Assembly (NCBI GenBank): GCA_963755265.1
Contig: CAVWKV010000080.1
Location: 28,096 to 92,095, forward strand
Direction: 5' to 3'
DNA from: an uncultured Methanomassiliicoccales archaeon
Lineage (GTDB): Archaea > Thermoplasmatota > Thermoplasmata > Methanomassiliicoccales > UBA472
DNA length: 64,000 bases
A model generated the notes under the pieces. That model had not been told where the DNA came from, made no database searches, and saw only the letters and a program-made list of their open reading frames with translations. A program made the position numbers and the translations under genes. Shown in pieces: positions 1 to 9,311 of this stretch (position 1 is the first letter of the stretch; the number at the start of each line of letters is the position of its first letter).

Positions 1-437
1 AAGAACGGAAGTACCCTGGATATGTCCTCGGCTATGTATGTGGTCTTATGGTCCTTGCCGAACAGGGCGACACTTATTGAATATGCCCGCCTGCGGGTCT
101 CCTCCTCGTCAAGTATTCCGATCGCATGGATATACTCATGCAGCAGGACATGGAAGGCATAGGACTTGTACATGTCCGGTTGGATCGCCATGATCCTCTT
201 CAGCACGCTCTTGTTCATGACGATGATGTTCGACGTGACCGGGTACAGACCGCCGACGAATGATTTATTGTCGCCGCCCATTTCCGCCAGGCCAAGCATC
301 AGCCCGGCACGGGATATGCCCATCTGAACGCGCACCGCTTCCTTGACGATCTCGAATATGTCCGTCAGGTCCTTGGCCCGCTCGAGACGTGCGGGGAATA
401 CGGACTTAGCGGACTCGGTCCGCACTAGTTCACTCAT
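1..437 (-). CDS. Hypothetical protein with HExxH zinc-metallopeptidase-type motif (3' end cut by window edge)
   Basis: Own minus-strand translation from the ATG at 437..435: MSELVRTESAKSVFPARLERAKDLTDIFEIVKEAVRVQMGISRAGLMLGLAEMGGDNKSFVGGLYPVTSNIIVMNKSVLKRIMAIQPDMYKSYAFHVLLHEYIHAIGILDEEETRRRAY... It stays open to base 1 and contains HEYIH. It is absent from the ORF track because there is no stop inside the window. Confidence 0.55.
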   Translation of the reverse strand, partial: MSELVRTESAKSVFPARLERAKDLTDIFEIVKEAVRVQMGISRAGLMLGLAEMGGDNKSFVGGLYPVTSNIIVMNKSVLKRIMAIQPDMYKSYAFHVLLHEYIHAIGILDEEETRRRAYSISVALFGKDHKTTYIAEDISRVLPF

Positions 438-540
438 GGTTAACTACAATGCGGGGATTTCCCTATTAAAAACATTCCTTAAAATATCGAACTCGACGAA
501 GGAGTCGCGCTCCCTGCACAAGGGCTCAAAATGGTATTAT

Positions 541-1482
541 ATGCGCAGAACGCATCATTCGGCCATGCGGAACCCGACCCAGTTCATTGTCATGTTCGCT
601 ATATTCGTGTTCATCCCCGTGGCCGCGATCTATTTCGTTCCGCTGCTGCCAGGAGACTACCAGACGTTCCAGGACGCACAGAGCCCTATCAACCCGCTCA
701 TCTACTTTGGAATGATCCTTGGTATGACTGTGTTGATGCTGATACTGATCAAGTTCGCACAGGAGAAGCTTATGCGGGCGATCTTCTACAGCGCCATGGT
801 CATCTCCATGTTCTCGATCCTGACGCCGATCTTCTTCTATTTGATAAACGACGTGAACGTTTCGCTGATCCTGGCTGTCGTCGGATCGGTCGGCCTGATG
901 GTATGGCTGATCTTCCGCCCGGAATGGTATGTGATCAACTCCGTGGCGGTGCTGATCGGTGTAGGGGCGACGGGAATATTGGGGATATCGTTGGGCATAT
1001 TCCCGGCGTTGATCCTCCTAAGTATCCTGGCTGTGTACGATGCCGTCTCGGTCTACAAAACCAAGCATATGCTCTCCCTGGCCGAGGGGGTCACTAAGAT
1101 GAGGCTCCCGGTGCTGTTCTATGTCCCGAAGAGACTGGACTTCAAAGTCGAACAGATGGACAGTATGGACCTGAAGGACAGGGACAAAGACCAGGAGAGA
1201 GAAACCATGATCATGGGAGTGGGGGACGCGGTCATCCCTGGAATATTGATCGTATCCGTCATGGCATATCTTCCTACCAACTCCTTGCATTTCCTCCATG
1301 CGGACGTCCTAGTTACTACTGGTACCATCATCGGCGCCTGCTGCGGATTCGCCATATTGATGAAGTATGTGGCCACCGGAAGGCCCCAGGCCGGTCTCCC
1401 CCTGCTCAATGGAGGGGCCATCCTAGGATTCTTGATTACCTATCTGTTGGTCTTCCAAAACCTGAAGTTCGGGTTCATGTGA
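541..1482 (+). CDS. Presenilin / signal-peptide-peptidase-like intramembrane aspartyl protease (A22 family)
   Basis: ORF 343..1482. Polytopic hydrophobic protein with YD (LAVYDAVSVY), GxGD (MGVGDAVIPG) and a PAL-like (QAGLPLLNGG) motif. Start moved to ATG 541 because 343-437 overlaps the divergent upstream gene. Confidence 0.8.
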   Translation: MRRTHHSAMRNPTQFIVMFAIFVFIPVAAIYFVPLLPGDYQTFQDAQSPINPLIYFGMILGMTVLMLILIKFAQEKLMRAIFYSAMVISMFSILTPIFFYLINDVNVSLILAVVGSVGLMVWLIFRPEWYVINSVAVLIGVGATGILGISLGIFPALILLSILAVYDAVSVYKTKHMLSLAEGVTKMRLPVLFYVPKRLDFKVEQMDSMDLKDRDKDQERETMIMGVGDAVIPGILIVSVMAYLPTNSLHFLHADVLVTTGTIIGACCGFAILMKYVATGRPQAGLPLLNGGAILGFLITYLLVFQNLKFGFM

Positions 1483-1530
1483 GTAAGATTGATGTAATAA
1501 ACTTTGATATGTGAAAAAAGGGCGAACTCA

Positions 1531-2172
1531 ATGCGATTCCTGGTCCTATCGGATGTGCACAGACGTGAAAAGGTGGTCAAATGGGCCAATGACCTCATAG
1601 ACGACATGGAACTGGAGGGCACGATCGTGCTGGGTGACATAACCCATTTCGGTCCGCCCGAATGGGCTGAAGAGTTCCTAGGGGGACTGAAGGGCAAGAC
1701 CTACGCAATACCCGGGAACTGCGATCCTCCAGGAACGCTGGCCCATATAGAAAGGAAAGCTATTTCGCTTCATCTCAAGAAGGTCCGTATCGATGGTCAC
1801 ATCCTCGGAGGCATAGGCGGGTCCAATCCGACCATATTCGATACGCCAAACGAGATGTCCGAAGAGGATATTATGACCCAGCTCAAGCCTGTCATGGAGA
1901 AGGACATGATTCTGGTGCTGCATTGTCCTGCCTATGGCATATTGGACGTTTCATTCTCCGGAAAGCACGTGGGCAGCGTCTCGATAGCAAAACTTGTCGA
2001 AGAGTTCAAGCCGAAGATCGTGCTGTGTGGACATATCCATGAAGACCGGGGGATCGTCGAGAAAGACGGCACGGTCTTCATGAATCCAGGACCGGCGAAG
2101 GAAGGCTACTCCGGGCTGTTGGAATTGGGCGATACCCCTAGGGTCGAACTACTTGAACAGCGCTCAGATTGA
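1531..2172 (+). CDS. Calcineurin-like metallophosphoesterase
   Basis: ORF 1504..2172. MRFLVLSDVH..., GDITHFG, GNCD, VLHCPAYG and CGHIHEDRG match the metallophosphoesterase motif series. Likely start is ATG 1531. Confidence 0.8.
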   Translation: MRFLVLSDVHRREKVVKWANDLIDDMELEGTIVLGDITHFGPPEWAEEFLGGLKGKTYAIPGNCDPPGTLAHIERKAISLHLKKVRIDGHILGGIGGSNPTIFDTPNEMSEEDIMTQLKPVMEKDMILVLHCPAYGILDVSFSGKHVGSVSIAKLVEEFKPKIVLCGHIHEDRGIVEKDGTVFMNPGPAKEGYSGLLELGDTPRVELLEQRSD

Positions 2173-2218
2173 AGATAGGTATTAATACCGCGCTTTATTT
2201 TAGAGGCCACGGATTGCT

Positions 2219-2602
2219 ATGGCATTGTGGCAAGGGAAATCCAAAAGGAAGCCGACTGGCGGAAGGCTCCGCCTCGGCAGGAAAAAGAGACGGTTCGAGA
2301 TCGGCAGGGAGCCGACTTTCACGCTTCTGGGCGCTGAGCGCTCTCAGATCATGAGGACCAGGGGTGCAAACGTCAAGGTCAGGATGCTCAAAGTGTCCTT
2401 CGCCAACGTCATGGACCCCGCGACCTTGAAGACACAGAAGTCGAAAATCGTCACCGTAAAGAAGAACTCGGCCAACCCCAACTATGTTCAGCGTAACATA
2501 ATCAACAAGGGCGCCGTGATCCAGACAGAGCTAGGACTGGCCAGGGTTACATCAAGGCCGGGACAGCACGGTGCGGTCAACGCGGTACTGGTCAAGGAGT
2601 GA
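2219..2602 (+). CDS. rps8e: 30S ribosomal protein S8e
   Basis: 127 aa. The basic N-terminus WQGKSKRKPTGGRLRLGRKKRRFEIGREP and the overall pattern are typical of archaeal S8e. Confidence 0.9.
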   Translation: MALWQGKSKRKPTGGRLRLGRKKRRFEIGREPTFTLLGAERSQIMRTRGANVKVRMLKVSFANVMDPATLKTQKSKIVTVKKNSANPNYVQRNIINKGAVIQTELGLARVTSRPGQHGAVNAVLVKE

Positions 2603-2626
2603 CCAGACCCCCTTATCGGATAACCC

Positions 2627-2920
2627 ATGACCCTAGACGAGGAAAAGGCATGGGTCCTCTGGCCCGAATATTTTGACATCGGTCGGACCAGGGATGCTGG
2701 CCGAAAGGTCAGCAAGAGACTGTCGATTATCTCTCCGAACGTCGAGCTTATAGCCAAGGCTGTTAAACAGATGGGCCTGGAGTGCAAGATCGAGGCCGAT
2801 AAATCATATCCAGGGAACTGGTATAACCATTCTGGCAGGGTCCTAGTAGAGCATTCGCTTCCCAAGACATTGCTGATGTTGAAAGTAGGTCAGGCGTTAG
2901 CGAAATCTCAACGGTCCTGA
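2627..2920 (+). CDS. srp19: Signal recognition particle protein SRP19
   Basis: 97 aa. [24 protein letters not shown] is the SRP19 signature N-terminus. Confidence 0.85.
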   Translation: MTLDEEKAWVLWPEYFDIGRTRDAGRKVSKRLSIISPNVELIAKAVKQMGLECKIEADKSYPGNWYNHSGRVLVEHSLPKTLLMLKVGQALAKSQRS

Positions 2921-3198
2921 GGCGTTTCCACTTCTTCCACCAGCTTCTTGCCGGCGGAAACGCTATCCACCGAATGCACGACCGCCCCCGATTCGGTGAT
3001 AATCTCCTCGACCGTGTCGTAGTCGATGGAATTCCCTTCGATGGTGATCTTGATGCTCTCGGTCTCCTGGTCAACCTCATCCAGTGTGCAGTTCACACCA
3101 GAGATGCCGTCTATTGCGCCAAGCCTTTTAGCCAATTCGACGATCGAGGGATGATGCGGTTTCAGTACATCGAGTACAAGGCGTTTTACGTCGCTCAC
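2908..3198 (-). CDS. DUF211-family small protein
   Basis: 96 aa. [26 protein letters not shown]... resembles the conserved archaeal DUF211 (MTH889-like) family. Its convergent end overlaps the srp19 stop. Confidence 0.65.
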   Translation of the reverse strand: MSDVKRLVLDVLKPHHPSIVELAKRLGAIDGISGVNCTLDEVDQETESIKITIEGNSIDYDTVEEIITESGAVVHSVDSVSAGKKLVEEVETPQDR

Positions 3199-3271
3199 TT
3201 ACAGATACCCTTCCAGGCGACAAATTGGATTTGGTGTATTAAATCGTTAGCTTGGAAAAGGATTATCCATA

Positions 3272-4726
3272 ATGCCATTGATTCTATGTGTCATGCTCAC
3301 CTTCCGCGAAGTCACCGTGATCGACGTCAACTCGGAGTATTTGGGGGTCCAGGTGGAGACCTTGATGGAGAACGCCGGATACGCCGTGGCCAATGTCATC
3401 ACGAAGGAGTACGGAAAGGGAAAGAGGATTGCGGTCATCTGCGGCATGGGTAACAACGGTGGCGACGGGCTGGTGGCAGCCAAGTACCTCCGGGAGAACA
3501 ACAATGTCAGAGTATTGTTGGCAAGACCACCGCAGTTCATCAAAAGGATGGCCCCGAGAAAGAACCTTGGACCGGTCGAGGATATCACCAAGGTCTACGA
3601 AGGGGAGGACTTGTCCGGATATGACCTGATGATCGATGCCATCTACGGCATCGGCATACATGGTGAGATCAAGGAGCCTTATTATTCGCTGATCAGCAAG
3701 ATGAACCAATCCGATGCCCCGATCATATCCATAGACGTTCCATCTGGATTGGGAACGAATATGGCAGTCAAGCCAATTATGACGATCACCTTGCACGACG
3801 TCAAGGAAGGAATGAACGAATCCAATTCTGGAAGGATCGAGGTCGTCGACATCGGCATCCCCCAGGATGCTGAGCGCTTCGCTGGCCCCGGGGAGTATGT
3901 ATATTATCCAATTCCGAGGCCAGATTCACACAAGGGAGAGAACGGACGGGTCCTGGTGATTGGAGGTGGCCCTTATACCGGCGCTCCCTCTCTGGCAGCG
4001 ATGGGCGCCTACCGCATTGGTGTGGACCTGGTTCATATCGCCACGCCTGAACCATCGTTCGATGTCGTCTCCGGCTATTCTCCTAATTTCATAGTGCACC
4101 GGATGCCCGGGACGTTGTTCACCGACAGCAATTTGGACCAAGTGCTCGGGCTTACTGGACTGGTGGACGCTGTCCTCATAGGATCTGGAATCGGTCGTGA
4201 CCCGAGGACCCAGGAGGCGACCAGGGATTTCGTGCGGGAGTGCGGCAAGCCGTTGGTCATTGACGCAGATGCGTTCTCTGCTCTGTCGGTGGACCCGGAC
4301 CTGCTGAAGGGCAAGAAAGGAATCGTTACCCCCCACTCCAGGGAGTTCACCACATTGTTCGGTAAACCCCTTCCCGAGAAGATCGAGGGACGGGCTGCGG
4401 AAGTGAGGGAGGCGGCCGCACGTATCCAGATGACCGTTCTTGTGAAAGGGATGATCGACGTAATATCCGATGGTGTCCGGGTCAAGTTCAACCGCACCGG
4501 GAATCCTGGCATGACTGTGGGCGGGACCGGGGATGTCCTCGCCGGTATCTGCGTTGGATTACTTGCCAAAGGTGTGGAGCCCTTCGATGCGGCACGTATC
4601 GCTGCGTTCACCAACGGTGCAGCGGGAGACCTGGCGTTCAACGACCAATGCTATGGGTTGCTGGCGACCGATGTCATCGATAACATCCCGGCGGTGATGT
4701 GCCGGGCGCTTGACAGGTTTAAATAA
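3272..4726 (+). CDS. nnr: Bifunctional NAD(P)H-hydrate repair enzyme (YjeF_N epimerase + ADP-dependent dehydratase)
   Basis: 484 aa. The N-terminal half has LMENAGYAVA...ICGMGNNGGDG. The C-terminal half has GENGRVLVIGGGPYTGAP...GTGDVLAG, a carbohydrate-kinase-like dehydratase. An alternative start is ATG 3293. Confidence 0.85.
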   Translation: MPLILCVMLTFREVTVIDVNSEYLGVQVETLMENAGYAVANVITKEYGKGKRIAVICGMGNNGGDGLVAAKYLRENNNVRVLLARPPQFIKRMAPRKNLGPVEDITKVYEGEDLSGYDLMIDAIYGIGIHGEIKEPYYSLISKMNQSDAPIISIDVPSGLGTNMAVKPIMTITLHDVKEGMNESNSGRIEVVDIGIPQDAERFAGPGEYVYYPIPRPDSHKGENGRVLVIGGGPYTGAPSLAAMGAYRIGVDLVHIATPEPSFDVVSGYSPNFIVHRMPGTLFTDSNLDQVLGLTGLVDAVLIGSGIGRDPRTQEATRDFVRECGKPLVIDADAFSALSVDPDLLKGKKGIVTPHSREFTTLFGKPLPEKIEGRAAEVREAAARIQMTVLVKGMIDVISDGVRVKFNRTGNPGMTVGGTGDVLAGICVGLLAKGVEPFDAARIAAFTNGAAGDLAFNDQCYGLLATDVIDNIPAVMCRALDRFK

Positions 4727-4748
4727 TGCCTTTTGCAATCAAAGGGCC

Positions 4749-5426
4749 GTGAGGTCAGCCATCATATCGGATGTCCATGCTAACCAAGTGGCGTTGAACG
4801 CCGTCCTGGGCGAGATCGATAGCATGGGCATAAACCACATCATCAGTGCCGGCGATGTCGTCGGTTATTATCCATTTCCTAATGAGGTCATCCATCTGTT
4901 CAAGGAGAGAAGGATTGTGGGAATCGCCGGGAACCATGACCGCACCGTTCTCCGTACTCAGGTCTCGAGCATGAACCCCATCGCCGGGGAAGCGGCGCAA
5001 TGGACGGCAAAAGAACTTAACGACAGCTCCAGGAATTACTTGGCCAGCCTTCCGCCCCGGACGCATATAACGATCGGAGGGAAGCTGGCCGGCCTGTACC
5101 ACGGATCACCCCGGGACGACGTGGAGTATGTGTTCGAGGAGGAAGCGGAACCGGAGCTTCTCAAACTCTCCGGAACGCGACTGCTCATTCTGGGCCATAC
5201 ACACATACCATATATCTATCGTTCCAGGGAAGGAACCATCGTGAATCCCGGATCGGTTGGCCAGCCAAGGGACGGAGACCCTCGCGCTTGCTTCATGGTC
5301 TACGATTCTACCAAAGATGATTTCACCATCAGGCGGATCGAGTACGATATCGAGGCCGTAATAAAGTCGATATCCCGTGCTGGCCTGCCCAAGGAACTGG
5401 GGGAGCGACTCAGGCATGGATGGTGA
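4749..5426 (+). CDS. Metallophosphoesterase, YfcE/MJ0936-like
   Basis: ORF 4710..5426 (TTG). SAIISDVHAN, AGDVVGY, GNHD, ILGHTHIPY and NPGSVGQPRDGDPRA are present. GTG 4749 gives the canonical N-terminus; TTG 4710 is the alternative. Confidence 0.75.
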   Translation: MRSAIISDVHANQVALNAVLGEIDSMGINHIISAGDVVGYYPFPNEVIHLFKERRIVGIAGNHDRTVLRTQVSSMNPIAGEAAQWTAKELNDSSRNYLASLPPRTHITIGGKLAGLYHGSPRDDVEYVFEEEAEPELLKLSGTRLLILGHTHIPYIYRSREGTIVNPGSVGQPRDGDPRACFMVYDSTKDDFTIRRIEYDIEAVIKSISRAGLPKELGERLRHGW

Positions 5427-6216
5427 GAGGCTGTCGAACATCTCGCCCATTCCGAACCGGCCAGTGCTGGAAATCTCGGGCACGAAGAAACTGATCTGCG
5501 CCGGGGACCTGCACATAGGGCTTGAGAACGAGATGAAGGTCAATGGTGTCCATGTCCCGAGCCAGACATTCCATATGGAGAAGGAACTTATCTCCTTGGC
5601 CGAGGGGCATGATGGACTTGTTCTACTGGGCGATATAAAGCATCAGGTCCCCGGTTCTTCCAAGCAGGAATATGCAGAGATCCCTCGCTTCTTCACCGAG
5701 CTGAAGAAGTTCTACAGTGAGGTGCATATCGTCCGTGGCAACCACGACACCAACATCGAGGCCATGCTCCCGAAGGGGATCGAGGTCCATCCGGCCACAG
5801 GTTTTACAATGGACGATGTCGGATTCGTGCATGGTCATACCTGGCCTTCCCCAGAGGTGATGTCAAAGAAGATACTGATCATGGCGCACAATCATCCCGC
5901 TGTCATCTTCGAAGACAACATGCACACAAATCAGATCGAACGGTGTTGGGTGCGATGCCGCTTCCGGGAATCGGCCTCGCAGAGATACCTGGAGCTCCCC
6001 GAGGAGGTCATCATCGTTCCAGCCCTGAACCGGAACCTTGGAGGATCTCCGATCAATTTCGACGAACCAAGACTGTTGGGACCGTTCTTCTCCCAGGACC
6101 TTATCGACCTGGACGAGGCACGCGTCTACCTCATGGACGGCGTGTTCCTAGGCAACGTGGGAAGCCTGAAGGTTAAGAGGCGTCGTCATTTCAAGCTCCG
6201 TCCAGATGAGCAATGA
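5416..6216 (+). CDS. Metallophosphoesterase, archaeal ICC-like
   Basis: ORF 5377..6216. CAGDLHIG, LLGDIKH, VRGNHD and FVHGHTWP are present. ATG 5416 overlaps the previous stop by 11 nt, suggesting translational coupling. Confidence 0.7.
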   Translation: MDGERLSNISPIPNRPVLEISGTKKLICAGDLHIGLENEMKVNGVHVPSQTFHMEKELISLAEGHDGLVLLGDIKHQVPGSSKQEYAEIPRFFTELKKFYSEVHIVRGNHDTNIEAMLPKGIEVHPATGFTMDDVGFVHGHTWPSPEVMSKKILIMAHNHPAVIFEDNMHTNQIERCWVRCRFRESASQRYLELPEEVIIVPALNRNLGGSPINFDEPRLLGPFFSQDLIDLDEARVYLMDGVFLGNVGSLKVKRRRHFKLRPDEQ

Positions 6217-6281
6217 AAGTAGTGTCGAACGGTGACAAAATCCTAGAAAAAAAATGAAAGGGAAAGAGTTTTTCAAGGGGT

Positions 6282-7793
6282 TTAGTAGTTCGATATCTCT
6301 TTGAACACGGACCCGTCTGGGTTCCTTATCACTGCCTTCATCGGCATCTGTCCCGGCAGGGTGTGCGTAGCGCACGAGTTGCACGGGTCATATGCACGGT
6401 AGGCCATCTCGACCATGTTCAACAGACCGTTGGACACTTCCCAGTTCTTGATCAGTGCGGTGGCGGCCTTCCTGACGCTCAGGTTGATCGGCGCATTGTT
6501 GTTGGTCGTTCCGACGACCAGGTTGACCTGGGTTGTGATGCCGTTCTTGTCTGCGCAGTAATGATGCACCAAGGTTCCACGCGGAGCCTCGAGTATACCG
6601 ACGCCCTCGTCCGGGGTGTGCAGCTCACCCTTGATGTCCTTGCTGGTGATCTGCGGGTCCTGGGCCCTTTCGAGCAGCAGTTCCGAAGCGTAAACCAGTT
6701 CGATCACACGCGCCCAGTGCATTGCCATGGTGTGGTGGATCGGACCCTTGACGCCGAGCGAGGCGAAGGTGCTCTTCATCTTTTCGTACTCGGCCTGCGC
6801 CAGCGGGGTCGTGTATCCCTTCGAGACGTTGAACCTCGACAGCGGCGTCGCCCGGTAGATACCGGAGTTTATGCCATCCACGAGCCCCTTCCAGCCGACC
6901 GGCTTGAAGTAGCAGAACTTTTCGTATGACCAGGGCAGGGTGTGCTCGGCGATATAATCCAAGTACCCCTTTCCGGTATAGCGGGCCACTTCCTTGCCGT
7001 TAGGGTCGATCATCTTCTGCGTTCCATCGTAGAAGTTGACCTTGTCGTTCTTGTCGACGGTCCCGAGGTTGTAGGTCTCGTTGTAGAATATGTCCTTGCT
7101 CACGATGAGGTTCAGGTAGTCCTGGTTCTTCAGCACGACATCCTCGAAGATCTTCATGGTGAACAGCGAGAAATCGACGCATGACTTTGCCATTGCCTCG
7201 ATCTTCTTGCGCTCGTCCTCAGTGATCGACTTGGACATGCCGCCCGGGATACCGCAAACCGGGTGCGTGGCCTTTCCGCCCAGCATCTCCTGGATCTTCT
7301 GCGCGTAGGATCTGTGCTTGATCACTTCAGCACCGACCGGGACACCGACCGCGTCTATCACGCCGAGGATGTTCCTCTTCTCCGCCGGGGCGCATGGCCC
7401 GAGGACGAAGTCTGCTGCCGCCAACGCGTAGAAGTGCGCTATGTGGCTGTGCACATAGTGAGCGGCGTAGAACAGCTCCCTGAGCTTCACTGCGGCCTCT
7501 GGAGGGGTAGCTCCATAGACTCCATCCAGAGCCTTGGTGGAGCACAAATGGTGTGCGCCCGGGCAGACACCGCAAAGCCTGGCGGTGATCTTGTTCAGTT
7601 CGTCAACCGACCGGCCGATACAGAACTTCTCGAAACCCCTCAGTTCCGGCACCTGCCAATAGGCGTTAGCTACGTTGCCTTCGTCGTTCAGGAAGATCTC
7701 GATCTTCCCGTGACCCTCTAGCCTGGTGATCGGGTCTATGGTGATACGCTTCGAGGTGCTCTTGGTATGCGGGTCAGATAGTATCGGTGACAT
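6282..7793 (-). CDS. mvhA: [NiFe] hydrogenase large subunit, F420-non-reducing (Mvh-type)
   Basis: 503 aa. N-terminal RLCGVCPGAHH and C-terminal DPCNSCATH Ni-binding motifs, with a C-terminal extension for endopeptidase cleavage. Lies in an operon with mvhG, mvhD and hdrA. Confidence 0.85.
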   Translation of the reverse strand: MSPILSDPHTKSTSKRITIDPITRLEGHGKIEIFLNDEGNVANAYWQVPELRGFEKFCIGRSVDELNKITARLCGVCPGAHHLCSTKALDGVYGATPPEAAVKLRELFYAAHYVHSHIAHFYALAAADFVLGPCAPAEKRNILGVIDAVGVPVGAEVIKHRSYAQKIQEMLGGKATHPVCGIPGGMSKSITEDERKKIEAMAKSCVDFSLFTMKIFEDVVLKNQDYLNLIVSKDIFYNETYNLGTVDKNDKVNFYDGTQKMIDPNGKEVARYTGKGYLDYIAEHTLPWSYEKFCYFKPVGWKGLVDGINSGIYRATPLSRFNVSKGYTTPLAQAEYEKMKSTFASLGVKGPIHHTMAMHWARVIELVYASELLLERAQDPQITSKDIKGELHTPDEGVGILEAPRGTLVHHYCADKNGITTQVNLVVGTTNNNAPINLSVRKAATALIKNWEVSNGLLNMVEMAYRAYDPCNSCATHTLPGQMPMKAVIRNPDGSVFKEISNY

Positions 7794-7795
7794 GT

Positions 7796-8833
7796 TTAGG
7801 CCTCCTGCTTCGTCTCTGCCGACTTCTTCTTCCCTTTCTCGGTCACGGTCCTCTTGATGATGGACTTAGGCAGGGAGAAGGCATAGAACGTTCCTAGCGG
7901 ATCCTTCACCTGTTCCATGATCTCCAGGATCTGGTCCTCACTCAACAACGCCTCACCGTCCTCGACCTTGAAGATCGAGGCGAGAGCGGACAACATGCTG
8001 CCACCCTGGTCCATGACCTCTGCAGTCGGGCCCATGCATCCGCGGCATGGCTGATTGGCTTCGAGGCACTTCGCACCGCAACCGGCCCTGGTCGATGCAC
8101 CGAGGCAGATGACTCCCTGCTCCAGCATGCACTTCTCCGGGTCGATGTCGATCTCGAACGGCAAGTGGATCTTATCCACGTGCTTTGCCGATTTCTTCCT
8201 ACCGCACTCGTCGCATAGTGTCTTCGAGGAAGCGATGACCGATCCCTTCGGCGGGAGCGGAACGCCTTCCGCGACATACTTCGTGACGATGCCCAGGAAC
8301 TCGTTGATCAGGTTGGTGGTCGGCGGGCATCCCGGCATGTAGTAGTCGACATCGATTACCTGGTCCAGCGTGAGAACTGTGTCGTACAGCACCGGCAGCT
8401 CAAGTTCTCCCTCGGGCATGTGGGCGTGGGTCTGCGGGATGGTAGGGTTGGCCGAGTTCCTCTGGTCCGAGGAGAACGTCCGGTTATAGACGTAGTCCAG
8501 GGTGGCCTTGGCGTTCGTGACATTGGCCAGTCCCGGGATTCCTCCGAAACAGGCACAGGAACCGAACGACACGATGAGCACGGACTTCTGTCTCAGAAGC
8601 TTTGCCATATGTTCGTTCTCGCTGTTCCTGATCGCCCCGTTGTACAACGTGGCGGTGATGGACTTGTCGGGCATTGCCTCGAGGTCCTTTATCTTCGTGT
8701 CCACGGCGATCGGCCAGAAAGCGATATCCGCGATCTCTGCCACTCCGAGGATCTTCTCGTCGATATCCAGGAGTGCGACATCGCATCCCCCGCAACCGGC
8801 TCCCCAATACTGCGCAATCTTTATTTTTGCCAT
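7796..8833 (-). CDS. mvhG: [NiFe] hydrogenase small subunit, Mvh-type
   Basis: ORF 7796..8935. The real start is MAKIKIAQYWGAGCGGCDVALLD at 8833. Cys-rich FeS ligands are present (GSCACFGG, CDECG, CRGC). Confidence 0.8.
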   Translation of the reverse strand: MAKIKIAQYWGAGCGGCDVALLDIDEKILGVAEIADIAFWPIAVDTKIKDLEAMPDKSITATLYNGAIRNSENEHMAKLLRQKSVLIVSFGSCACFGGIPGLANVTNAKATLDYVYNRTFSSDQRNSANPTIPQTHAHMPEGELELPVLYDTVLTLDQVIDVDYYMPGCPPTTNLINEFLGIVTKYVAEGVPLPPKGSVIASSKTLCDECGRKKSAKHVDKIHLPFEIDIDPEKCMLEQGVICLGASTRAGCGAKCLEANQPCRGCMGPTAEVMDQGGSMLSALASIFKVEDGEALLSEDQILEIMEQVKDPLGTFYAFSLPKSIIKRTVTEKGKKKSAETKQEA

Positions 8834-8852
8834 CTGTTCCACCTTGCCTGGA

Positions 8853-9311
8853 TTACTCCTCGTCGTTGATCGGGTTCGGGCCGAGCTCCTTGACCAGCTC
8901 GTTGAACTCTTTGATCGTCTTTTGGAACTTCGCACCCTCCGAGGCAGAAACCCATTCGAGCTTCAGTCTGTCCGGGTTGAATCCGTACTGTTCCAGCAGC
9001 ACCCTGAGGAGAGCTATCCTCCTGCGGGTCCTGTAGTTGCCACCGATGTAGTGACAGTCGGCTGGGTGGCACCCAAGCACCAGGACTCCGTCTGCGCCAT
9101 TGGCGAAGGCCCGGAGAACGAACTCCGGGTCAACCCTCGCCGAACACATGGTCCTGATGACCCTGAAGTTGGTCGGCATCTGCAGTCTCGACACTCCGGC
9201 CAGGTCCGCCCCGGCATAGGAGCACCAGTTGCAGCAGAAGACGACGAGCTTCGGTTCAAACTCACCCGCTTCCGCCGGCTTCGCCTGTGTTTGGGTAACG
9301 GTTTGGGACAT
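8853..9311 (-). CDS. mvhD: Methyl-viologen-reducing hydrogenase delta subunit
   Basis: ORF 8853..9431. MSQTVT...KLVVFCCNWCSYAGADLAG...GCHPADCHY is the MvhD/FlpD signature. ATG at 9311 overlaps the hdrA TAA (TAATG). Confidence 0.85.
   Translation of the reverse strand: MSQTVTQTQAKPAEAGEFEPKLVVFCCNWCSYAGADLAGVSRLQMPTNFRVIRTMCSARVDPEFVLRAFANGADGVLVLGCHPADCHYIGGNYRTRRRIALLRVLLEQYGFNPDRLKLEWVSASEGAKFQKTIKEFNELVKELGPNPINDEE

Noticed and set aside
343-540. N-terminal 66 codons of track ORF 343..1482.
   Set aside because: It overlaps the divergent minus-strand gene (start at 437) and the promoter-like AT-rich spacer. The conserved membrane protein begins plausibly at ATG 541.
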